Part shown: positions 28,437 through 36,416 of the stretch, in pieces
How positions within the stretch are numbered: position 1 is the first letter of the stretch
How the letters are laid out: every line of letters starts with the position of its first letter
Assembly: GCA_050249835.1 (NCBI GenBank)
Contig: JBFWPT010000003.1
Span: 91,878-155,877 of the forward strand
Direction: 5' to 3'
Source: Thermoleophilia bacterium
GTDB lineage: Bacteria > Actinomycetota > Thermoleophilia > Miltoncostaeales > Miltoncostaeaceae
DNA: 64,000 bases
Notes under the pieces: model-generated
Told to the model about the DNA's origin: nothing
Seen by the model: only the letters and a program-made list of their open reading frames with translations
The model's database searches: none
Translations under genes and position numbers: made by a program

Positions 28437-29770
28437 CCGCCGTCGACCGGATCCAGCTCCGCCGTGCCGCCGGGGCCGATCACGAGGTTGCGCGCAAGTG
28501 GCATCTGGTGGGACGAGCTCTCCAGGATGTGCATGAGGTAGCCCGCCGTGTTCGGGAACACCACGAGGTCGCCGATCCCGACGCCCTCGGGAAACCGGAG
28601 GCGCCGCCAGGTGAGGAGCTCAGCCTCGATGCAATAGGCGCCGGTGAGGAAGCCCTCTATCGGCTCGCCGGCGTCCTCCCCGGTGGGGAGGAGAAGCGGG
28701 TCCACCAGGAAATCGTCGGAGGTCGAGCGGCACTGGGTGCGGTTCATCTCGACACCGATGAGCCAGTCGCCGTCGCGCCGTGGCTTGCGGTGCACCACCC
28801 GCGCGACGGTCATGCCGCAGCCGTCGAGCAGCGCACGGCCAGGTTCGCAGCGCAGCTGGAGGCGGCGCTCGCGGAGCGCTCCGGCCACCGTGCCGGACCC
28901 CTCGGCGAGGGCCGCCCCGAGCACGTCCGTCAGCCACTGCCCCCGGACGGGGGATTGGTGGTACGGGTACGTAGGCCCGATGGGGTGGCCGTCGTAGGTC
29001 AGGTTCCCGCCGGCCGCGGCTGCCCCGAAGCGTTGCCACTGCCCGCCGTCCTCCAGGTAGCTCATCGGAATGCCGCCTCCGATGTCGAGGAAGGTGGCGT
29101 CGTGGCCCGCCGCGCGGAGGGCGTCGACGAGTGGGAGGGCCTGGCTCATCGCCAGGACGCGGTCCGCCGAGGCGTAGCCGTCCAGGTGGAAATGGACCCC
29201 GTCGAACCGGATCCCGGCGCGCGGCTCTCCGCGGGCGATCGCGAGCGCCTCCTCCGGCGCGAAGCCGAAACGCGACGGGGGGCGGCCGGGGCCGAGGTCG
29301 GCGGTCAGCCGCAGGGCCGCGCGGGCCTGCTGGCCGAGCGCCGTGGCGACGGAGGACAGCGCGCGCAGCTCATCCGGGTTGTCGAGGGCGACCGTGACGC
29401 CCGACCGGACGCAGAGCTCCAGCAGGGAGCGCGGCTTCACGGCCGCGGTCATCACCATCCGGGACCCGGAGACGCCCCGCTCGAGGGCCTGCTGCAGCTC
29501 CGGCTCGCTCGCCAAGTCCACACCCAGCCCCAGCCGCCGCGCCTCGTCGACGAATGACAAGGCCTTGTTGGCCTTGCGGGCGAAGAAGATCCCGAGCTCG
29601 ACCCCTGCGCGCGACGCTGCGTCCGCCAGCTCGGCGGCGTTGCGCGCCATGGGCCCCGGAGCGATGAGGTTGAGCGGCGACCCGTGGCTCTCCACGAGGT
29701 CGCGCAGCCGGTCCGGCGTGCCACACAACACGACCTGCCAGTCCTCCAGCCGGGCGTCGAGAGGCACCAT
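28433..29770 (-). CDS. type-III-fold PLP-dependent decarboxylase (Orn/DAP/Arg decarboxylase family; Y4yA/SbnH-like)
   Basis: ATG 29770; PLP-Lys context FFARKANKALSF, GVHFHLDGY, LDIGGGIP, CEPGRALL, LTGAYC; upstream 200 codons of track ORF are shadow. Confidence 0.9.
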   Translation of the reverse strand: MVPLDARLEDWQVVLCGTPDRLRDLVESHGSPLNLIAPGPMARNAAELADAASRAGVELGIFFARKANKALSFVDEARRLGLGVDLASEPELQQALERGVSGSRMVMTAAVKPRSLLELCVRSGVTVALDNPDELRALSSVATALGQQARAALRLTADLGPGRPPSRFGFAPEEALAIARGEPRAGIRFDGVHFHLDGYASADRVLAMSQALPLVDALRAAGHDATFLDIGGGIPMSYLEDGGQWQRFGAAAAGGNLTYDGHPIGPTYPYHQSPVRGQWLTDVLGAALAEGSGTVAGALRERRLQLRCEPGRALLDGCGMTVARVVHRKPRRDGDWLIGVEMNRTQCRSTSDDFLVDPLLLPTGEDAGEPIEGFLTGAYCIEAELLTWRRLRFPEGVGIGDLVVFPNTAGYLMHILESSSHQMPLARNLVIGPGGTAELDPVDGG

Positions 29771-29787
29771 GCCGCGGCAGCGGGCCC

Positions 29788-31422
29788 TCACGACACGTGG
29801 ACCAGGTCCGCGGCGGCGGCCGCCCCCGCCACGCGGCGCGCCCAGCAGTCGGTCTGGGGGTGCAGGCGGCGGTTGAGCGTGTCGTTGCCCACCACGGAGT
29901 CTTCCGCGAGCCGGCCGACGACCGCGAGCCCTTCGCTGCGCCCGCCGTCGCGGGCGATGCAGGTGCCGTCGCAGTCCACCTCCAGGCCCCGCCGGTGCGC
30001 CGCGATCCGCACCGCCCCGTCCTCCAGCAGGCCGGACACGAGCGCCGGCCGCGACGTCGGGACACCCGGCGGGGCCAGCACGGCGTTGACCACCGCGTCG
30101 ACGGGGCGCCGGCGACCGTCCAGCGCCAGCGCGGTGACCCCGCCGGCCGTCTCCGGGCGGCCGCCGGCGACCCAGCCGAGGTCCACCCGGCGCGCCTCGA
30201 CCAGGGCAAGGAGCCTCCACGCGTTGAGCGGGGGCGGGCCGAACGCGAGGCGCTCCATCTCGGAGGCGACGGCGAGGAAGGCCGGCCAGTCGGCGGTGGC
30301 GAGGCCGTCGCCGCCGAGCCGCGCGACGAGGGACGGATAGAGGCCCTGCCATGTCTGGCCGAGCGCCCACGGCGTCCCGGGCGCGCGCCGCCCCGCGCCC
30401 ACCTCGAGCGACCGCCGGATCTCGTCGGCCGGACCTGCCGGCGCCGGGGTGGTGGCCGGGCCGCCGGCGGCCCGCAGTACCGCGGCGGCGGTGGTGTGGA
30501 TGACGGGCAGGAGATGATCGCGCAGGCGCAGGGGGGTGGGCATCGCGTCGAGCATGGCCGCGCCCCGCTCGAGGATCCCGGGGAGACCGGGGATCGAGCG
30601 GGCGAGCGCCGGGTCCGGCTTCGCGAGCATGGGCCGTCCGGTGCGGGAGTACGGCAGCAGCACGCCGGGCTCCTCACCCGACGGCTCGTACGTGACCGGT
30701 CCGTGCTCCGCTGTCGGCGCGAAGGCGCCACCCCGGCCCTCGGTGAGCGCCAGCGCAGCATCGAGGAAGGTGAGCGCGAAGCCGCGCACCGCGACGGTCG
30801 CGCCCGCGGCGATCCCCTCGGTGAGAGCCGGCCCGGTCGGGAGCACGGCCGGCACGAGCGGCGCGGCGTGGTGCCAGGGGGACGGGGGAGCCGCGGCGAT
30901 CGTGGTGCCGTGACCGACCGTGAGCAGCACCTCGTCGTGGGTCGTGACCCCGCCGTCCGCGTCCACCACCGACCAGGCCGCCCCGTCGCGCCCCATCCTG
31001 CTGACGGTGCGGGGGACGATCCGCAGCGTCACCTCGGGGGGCAGGGCGTCGCGCAACCGTAGGAGTCCGTCCGCCAGGTAGGAGCCGACGAGCCCGCGGG
31101 GCGGGTAGCGCTCCTCCTCGGCGGTGACGGTGGGCGGTCCGTGTCCCCGACGCCACGCGGTGTACGAGAGCCGCCGGGCCGCCGGTACCGCGGCGTTCTC
31201 ACCGTGCCAGAGGTCCAGGCGGTCAGCCGCCAGGTTCATCCTGAGGTAGGCAGGCTGGGCGGGGTCGTAGACCGGCCCGGCACCCGGGACGGGGTGCGGC
31301 TCGAAGGCGACCACCTCGACTGGCGCGTGCCGCAGCGCGGCGTGATGCACGAGCCGCTCCAGGGCGAACAGCCCCTTCGGCCCGAGCCCGGCGACCGCGA
31401 CGCGCAGGGGCGTCGTGCTCAC
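29788..31422 (-). CDS. FAD/NAD(P)-binding protein (PF13454-like)
   Basis: GTG 31422 overlaps TGA of upstream gene (GTGA); RVAVAGLGPKGLFALERL dinucleotide-binding motif; 544 aa. Confidence 0.82.
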   Translation of the reverse strand: MSTTPLRVAVAGLGPKGLFALERLVHHAALRHAPVEVVAFEPHPVPGAGPVYDPAQPAYLRMNLAADRLDLWHGENAAVPAARRLSYTAWRRGHGPPTVTAEEERYPPRGLVGSYLADGLLRLRDALPPEVTLRIVPRTVSRMGRDGAAWSVVDADGGVTTHDEVLLTVGHGTTIAAAPPSPWHHAAPLVPAVLPTGPALTEGIAAGATVAVRGFALTFLDAALALTEGRGGAFAPTAEHGPVTYEPSGEEPGVLLPYSRTGRPMLAKPDPALARSIPGLPGILERGAAMLDAMPTPLRLRDHLLPVIHTTAAAVLRAAGGPATTPAPAGPADEIRRSLEVGAGRRAPGTPWALGQTWQGLYPSLVARLGGDGLATADWPAFLAVASEMERLAFGPPPLNAWRLLALVEARRVDLGWVAGGRPETAGGVTALALDGRRRPVDAVVNAVLAPPGVPTSRPALVSGLLEDGAVRIAAHRRGLEVDCDGTCIARDGGRSEGLAVVGRLAEDSVVGNDTLNRRLHPQTDCWARRVAGAAAAADLVHVS

Positions 31423-32492
31423 GGGGCGATGCCGACGAGGGCGCCGTCCTCGTCGATCCGGGCGCCCAGCTCGCGGGCCACCCAGTCGTCGTCGTAGACG
31501 GTGCCGAGGTAGCCGGCGCCGCCGTCCGGGAAGATGAGGGCGCACCGACTGCCTTGGGGCAGCATCGGCGCGACGAGTTCCAGTGCCATGGCGACGCCCC
31601 CCGACGAGCCGCCGGCGAAGATCGCCTCCCGGGCGACGAGCCGCCGGCAGCCGAGGACACAGTCCAGGTCTGACACCCGCAGAAGGACGTCGTACGGGGC
31701 GGAGCGCGACAGGGCCGTCTCCACCCCGGCGCCGAACCCCGGGAGGCGGCGCGTGCCGCGCACCCCGCCGAACAGGGCACTCCCCACGGCGTCCACCGCG
31801 ACGATGCGCGTGCTCCGCCCGTGGCGCGCGAGGTGGTCGGCGCACCCCTGCAGGGTCCCGGCCGTGCTCGTGGCCACGATCAGGTAGTCCAGGTCACCGC
31901 CGAGCGCCTCGTCGATCTCCCGCATGGTCCCGTCCTCGTGGGCGGCGGCGTTCGACGCGTTCGAGTACTGGTCCGGCCAGTAGGCGCCGGGGATCGTCCG
32001 CACGAGGTCCCGCACCAGCGCGAGACGCGCCGTGAGCAGGTCGCCCGTCTCCGGGTCGGGGTCGGTCACCACGCGCACCTCGGCGCCGAACGCGCGCAGG
32101 GTCCGCACGTTCGTCTCGTGCGCACGGCTGTCAACGACGCAGATGAGCCGGAGGCCGTGATACCGGCAGGCCTGCGCCAGCCCCACGCCCATGTTCCCCG
32201 ATGTGGATTCCACCACCGTGCCCCCCGGTGCGACCAGGCCGCGGGTGAGGGCGTCTTCGATCATCCGGGTGGCGGGCCGGGCCTTCGCGCTGCCACCGGG
32301 GTTCGCGACCTCCAGCTTGGCCCAGGCGCGGAGGCGGTCGTCCGGGAGGTACCGGCACAGCTCCACGAGAGGGGTCCCGCCGATGGCGTCCAGCACGCCC
32401 GCGGCAGGCGGGGGTGGGGCGGCCTGGGCTGGCTGTGGGGGGACGGGGTCGATCCGCACGCCGTCCTGTTCCCCCGGGTCCCCGGGCCGCAA
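31419..32492 (-). CDS. cysteine synthase/SbnA-like fold-type-II PLP enzyme
   Basis: GGTPLVEL ... LEVANPGGSAKARPA (PLP Lys; canonical SVKDR replaced by SAKAR) ... ESTSGNMGVGLA ... GGSSGG; start (TTG 32492 / GTG 32459) uncertain. Confidence 0.9.
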   Translation of the reverse strand: MRPGDPGEQDGVRIDPVPPQPAQAAPPPPAAGVLDAIGGTPLVELCRYLPDDRLRAWAKLEVANPGGSAKARPATRMIEDALTRGLVAPGGTVVESTSGNMGVGLAQACRYHGLRLICVVDSRAHETNVRTLRAFGAEVRVVTDPDPETGDLLTARLALVRDLVRTIPGAYWPDQYSNASNAAAHEDGTMREIDEALGGDLDYLIVATSTAGTLQGCADHLARHGRSTRIVAVDAVGSALFGGVRGTRRLPGFGAGVETALSRSAPYDVLLRVSDLDCVLGCRRLVAREAIFAGGSSGGVAMALELVAPMLPQGSRCALIFPDGGAGYLGTVYDDDWVARELGARIDEDGALVGIAP

Positions 32493-32560
32493 TCACCCCC
32501 CGTCGCCACACGCGGCACGCCGGGGGGCAGATCGCCCCCAAGGCGTGCCGCGGCGCGGGC

Positions 32561-33004
32561 TCAGGCGGCGTCGCGGAGTGCCCTGACCTGGTCGTGCGCC
32601 TGACGCACCTGGTCGAACTGCCGCTGCACCACGGACCGCAGGCCGTCGGAGATGTCGGCGGAGAGAGCCTTCTCGTACTCCGCGACGGCGTGGTCTTCGC
32701 CCTGCTCCGCCGCGTCGAGCACGCCGCCCGGGCCCGACCCGGAGAGGGAGTCCTTCAGCGACATCCAGACCCGGTGGACGGTTCCCGCGACGCTGCCGGA
32801 GTCGTCCGCGTCGTCGCCGTAGTCGGCGGCGAGGGCGTCGAGCTCGTCGGCGAAGGCGGCGCGCTGCTGCGAGAAGTCGCGCATCTGCGTCGCCAGCTCG
32901 GGTCGGTCGGAGCCGGCCAGTTTCTCGGCCGCGTCGGCGAACCCCTCCTGCCCGTCGCGGAGGGTCTCGATGAGATCCTCGGTCACACGCTTGTCGTTCG
33001 ACAT
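32561..33004 (-). CDS. four-helix-bundle protein (PA2169/DUF2383-like, from memory)
   Basis: ATG 33004; LIETLRDGQEGFADAAEKL ... AEQGEDHAVAEYEKAL ferritin-like helical repeats. Confidence 0.75.
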   Translation of the reverse strand: MSNDKRVTEDLIETLRDGQEGFADAAEKLAGSDRPELATQMRDFSQQRAAFADELDALAADYGDDADDSGSVAGTVHRVWMSLKDSLSGSGPGGVLDAAEQGEDHAVAEYEKALSADISDGLRSVVQRQFDQVRQAHDQVRALRDAA

Positions 33005-33150
33005 GCCGCGCCCCTTCCTCGTCGTGGTCACCGGCGCGGTACCCGCCCCCGCCGGTCGCTCACGGGCATCGGGCGCTCGATGGCCATACCCGGTGATTGC
33101 GGGCCCGCGATCGGGTACGGCCTCTCCACGGAACGGATCAGAGGAGCGAG

Positions 33151-33369
33151 ATGGCTGACATCAGGGTCGGCGACCGGGTGAGCTGGGCGACGCCGCAGGG
33201 GCGCACCCGGGGGAAGGTCATCAAACGACTCACGTCCCGCACGTCGGTGGGTGGGACCGTGATCGCCGCGACGCGCAGCGAGCCGAGGTTCCTGGTCGAG
33301 AGCGAGAAGACCGGTGCCCATGCCGCGCATCGGCCCGAGGCGCTGCGCAGGCTGAAGCCGGCCTCATGA
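33151..33369 (+). CDS. DUF2945-like small protein (72 aa)
   Basis: ATG 33151 after GAGGAG; MADIRVGDRVSWATPQGRTRGKVIKRLT ... FLVESEKTGAHAAHRPEAL; stop overlaps next ATG (ATGA). Confidence 0.72.
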   Translation: MADIRVGDRVSWATPQGRTRGKVIKRLTSRTSVGGTVIAATRSEPRFLVESEKTGAHAAHRPEALRRLKPAS

Positions 33370-34049
33370 CGGGCGCCACCGACACGAGGACCGCGGCGAT
33401 CGTGGACATCGACGGCACCTTGGTGGACTCGAACTACCAACATGCGCTGGCCTGGTTCCGCGCGTTGCGACGCCATGGCGTGACCTGCGAGATCCGTATC
33501 CTCCACCACCTCATCGGGATGGGCGGCGATCAGATCGTCCCCGAGGTCGCGGGTGACGAGATCGAACGGGACCGGGGCGACGCGATCCGGGAGGCGGAGG
33601 GCGAGGAGTTCCGCGCGATCATGGACGAGGTCACCCTCCTGCCCGGGGCGCGCGACCTGCTGGAGACGCTCGCCTCGGAGGCGCGCACCGTCGTCCTCTC
33701 GAGTTCCGCCAAGCCCGACGAGGCGGAGCGGTGGGTTGACCTCCTCGACGCCCGCGACCTACTCGACGGGTGGACCACCTCCGACGACGTGGACGCCACC
33801 AAGCCCGAGCCGGACCTCGTGGAGGCCGCGATCCGCCTCGGCGGCGGCGGGCCGGCCCTCATGATCGGCGACTCGAGCTGGGACTGCCGCGCCGCCGTCC
33901 GGGCCGGCATACCGTCGGTCGCCGTGCTGACCGGTGGCTACTGCCGCGACGAGCTGCTCCAGGCAGGAGCCACGGCGGTCTTCGGTTCGCTCCACGAGGC
34001 GGCGGCGGGCATCGTCGATCGTCGGCTCCTCCGAGGTGCGCTGCGCTGA
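33366..34049 (+). CDS. HAD-superfamily hydrolase
   Basis: Motif I AAIVDIDGTLVDS, motif II VVLSSS, motif III-IV KPEPD ... MIGDSSWD. Confidence 0.88.
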   Translation: MTGATDTRTAAIVDIDGTLVDSNYQHALAWFRALRRHGVTCEIRILHHLIGMGGDQIVPEVAGDEIERDRGDAIREAEGEEFRAIMDEVTLLPGARDLLETLASEARTVVLSSSAKPDEAERWVDLLDARDLLDGWTTSDDVDATKPEPDLVEAAIRLGGGGPALMIGDSSWDCRAAVRAGIPSVAVLTGGYCRDELLQAGATAVFGSLHEAAAGIVDRRLLRGALR

Positions 34050-34640
34050 TGGCGTACGTCCTCCGGCCCGCGAGGTCCGTGAACCGGAACATCCCACGGA
34101 TCGGAGTGCGCGAGCTCGACCGCGCAATCGCCGCTTTGGAAGACCAGTCCGCCGTCGGCACGGCGGAGTCCGTCCACGACGCGCGGAAGCGCTGCAAGAA
34201 GGTCCGCGGGATCATCCGGCTGGCATAACCCGCCTCGGATCCGACTGCTACGCCCTGAACACAACGGTGTGCGACGCTCCCCGGGCGCTGGGTGACGCCC
34301 GCGATGCCACGACGATCCGACGCGCGTGGGACGACCTTTGGGAGGCCGCGGGCGTGGCTGATGGCCTGTCGGCGGCTGTCCGGGGTGCCCTCGGCGCGTC
34401 CTCGGGAACGCTCCCGTGCGACCTCGAGGAGCCGCTCGGGTTCCTGTGGGAGGCGCGGCATGTCATGGGGCGCGTCACGATTGCGAACGACCCGTCCGTG
34501 CTCCTCCGGGGGTTCGCCGACAACTATCGCCTGGAGGACGCTGGCATCACGCGCGACTCCTGTACCCGTCGCGCCGAGCATGGTGGGGCGCTTCGCTGCG
34601 AACTGAAGGCACTCTCGACGGACTCGGCGACGACCATGAC
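34049..34640 (+). pseudogene. CHAD-domain gene remnant (frameshifted, truncated)
   Basis: 59-codon ORF ...VHDARKRCKKVRGIIRLA* then CHAD-like continuation in another frame (YALNTTVCDAPRALGDARDATTIRRAWDDL ... LRGFADNYRL); right end approximate. Confidence 0.55.
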
Positions 34641-34969
34641 CTCGCGCTTCTCGGCGCCGCACTCTCGTCCCGGCCCGACCTCGACCCCGGCACGGCCCGT
34701 CGGCGAGATCGCGGACCTTGCTTCTCATCCGTCGGACCGGCCGTTCGGTTCCCAGGCCGCGAGCGCTGCCTGAGGCATCACGGCGTGATCTGACGGCAGA
34801 GCCGGAGGCGGGGAGGCTCTTGGCCTCGGGCGCTTGGACCACGGAGCGCCCCAGTTCGCTCGCGGTCGTCGAGGGATTCGCAAGACCCTTGCTCGTGCCA
34901 CCCTCGCCCGGTGACAGCGTCCGGCTGGTCGGTCAGAGTCGAAGCCCGACGTCGGATGGGGTGAGGTCC

Positions 34970-36256
34970 ATGGCGGCATGCGCTGGACAGGGTGGCGACG
35001 CTCCGCGGCGTGGGTGGCGTGAACGCATCGACGCCGGGCTCTATCGCTCTCATCGAGTCGGATGCCCGTCTTCGGCAGACCATCGGCCCCGGCGCCGGTG
35101 CGAGTGCCCCCTCCAGATCGTCGTCCCGGGTGCCCGCCCTGGAACGACGCGCTTGGTCTCGATGGTCGGCCCGGTCTCGCAGGCGCGTGCGATGCGCGAT
35201 CGGCTTCGCGGAGCAGGGCGCCCGGCGATGCCGACACACGTTGCGGCAACGACCCTCGACGCGTTCGCCGGTGACTACTTCCGCGCCAAGGCCCCGACGC
35301 TCGCGCCGTCCACGATCAAGGCCCGGGAGGAGGCATATCGCCTCCGCATCAGCCCGTCACTGGGTGGCGAGGACCTCGTGAGGGTCGACCGCCGGAGGGT
35401 CGAGGTCTGGCTCGCTGAGACGCTCGCGACAGCAAGCCCCCACGCGGCGTGGAAGGCCGTGGGGTCGCTCCGCGCCATGCTGAAGCTCGCCGTCGAGTGG
35501 GGCTTCCTGGAGGACAACCCGGCGCCCGGGCTGCGCCTGCCGAAGCGAAGGATCGACCACGCGGCGGCCGAGCGGGTGCTCACCGCCGAGCAGCTCGAGC
35601 TCCTCGTCTCGGCCACGCGGCGGGCGCGGGTCGAGACGATGATCCGGGCGGCGGGCGAGGGAGGGCTCCGGCTCGGTGAGGTCATCGGGCTCCGCTGGCC
35701 GGACGTCGACCTCCCGAACCGGCGGCTGACCATCGCCCGGTCCGTCTGGCAGGAGGCCGCGCGCGGCAACGAGCCGCTGCGACGGATCGTCGGCCCACCC
35801 AAGAGCGGCCGGGAGCGACGGGTCGCCATCTCCTCGAGCCTCGCTGCGCGTCTGGGCGAGTGGTACGCCGAGAGCGTCGTCGAGGGCGGCGCCCCCGCCG
35901 ACGGGTACGTGTGGCCTGCGCGCGCCGGCGGGCCCATGGACCGGAGCACCCCGGGCCAGGCACTCGCACGGCTCCTCGAGCGTGCCGGCCTCGTCGGCGC
36001 GGAAGGCCGGCCGCTGATCACCTTCCATGGGCTTCGGCACACGGCGGCCTCGATCATGCTCAGCCGGGACGTACCGCTCATCGTCGTATCCAGACAGCTC
36101 GGGCACGCGAACCCGAACATCACCGCCCAGGTCTACGCGCACCTGCTGTCGGACAGCCAGCTCGACGCCGCAGCGGCCGCATTCGAGCCCCGAATTCCCG
36201 CCGATACGTTGCGGGAGACGTTGCGGGAAGGCCTCGACCCAGCCGAGAAACCCTAG
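34970..36256 (+). CDS. tyrosine-type site-specific integrase
   Basis: ATG 34970; GLRLGEVIGLRWPDVDL (Arg I), FHGLRHTAAS (H-x-x-R), LGHANPNITAQVYAHL (catalytic Tyr); ends 30 bp before att repeat. Confidence 0.92.
   Translation: MAACAGQGGDAPRRGWRERIDAGLYRSHRVGCPSSADHRPRRRCECPLQIVVPGARPGTTRLVSMVGPVSQARAMRDRLRGAGRPAMPTHVAATTLDAFAGDYFRAKAPTLAPSTIKAREEAYRLRISPSLGGEDLVRVDRRRVEVWLAETLATASPHAAWKAVGSLRAMLKLAVEWGFLEDNPAPGLRLPKRRIDHAAAERVLTAEQLELLVSATRRARVETMIRAAGEGGLRLGEVIGLRWPDVDLPNRRLTIARSVWQEAARGNEPLRRIVGPPKSGRERRVAISSSLAARLGEWYAESVVEGGAPADGYVWPARAGGPMDRSTPGQALARLLERAGLVGAEGRPLITFHGLRHTAASIMLSRDVPLIVVSRQLGHANPNITAQVYAHLLSDSQLDAAAAAFEPRIPADTLRETLREGLDPAEKP
36206..36229 (+). repeat. tandem 12-bp repeat ACGTTGCGGGA(G/A) x2 inside int 3' end (candidate arm-type site)
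   Basis: ACGTTGCGGGAG ACGTTGCGGGAA encodes TLRETLRE; resembles left-arm ACGGTGGGGGAG ACGGTGGGGGG; 57 bp from att core. Confidence 0.5.
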
Positions 36257-36286
36257 AAACAAGCTGTTTTCGGGCGTTTGGGAGGG

Positions 36287-36332
36287 CGGCCTTCTAAGCC
36301 GTTGGTCGCAGGTTCGAATCCTGCCGGGCGCG
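36287..36332 (+). repeat. attR core: orphan 46-bp copy of the tRNA-Arg 3' part
   Basis: Identical 46-mer to 21757-21802; no matching tRNA 5' half upstream (GGGAGGG instead of D arm). Confidence 0.85.
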
Positions 36333-36416
36333 TCCTCGGAACCCCGATGGGGAAATGGGGTGTCGTGGTCCGCTCTGGCCACGGAAGCGGGACGGCCCCC
36401 GGGCCGCGCGCGCCGG

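Larger units (their letters stand above)
21757..36332 (+). mobile_element. tRNA-Arg-integrated genomic island / degenerate integrative element (~14.5 kb)
   Basis: Perfect 46-bp direct repeat at both ends (21757-21802, 36287-36332); tyrosine integrase at right end; HNH nuclease and decayed genes inside; lower-GC left end. Confidence 0.75.

Noticed and set aside
34416-34793. 125-aa ORF upstream of the integrase as a possible excisionase
   Set aside because: It is Arg/Gly/Pro-rich with no HTH, and it overlaps the CHAD remnant frames.
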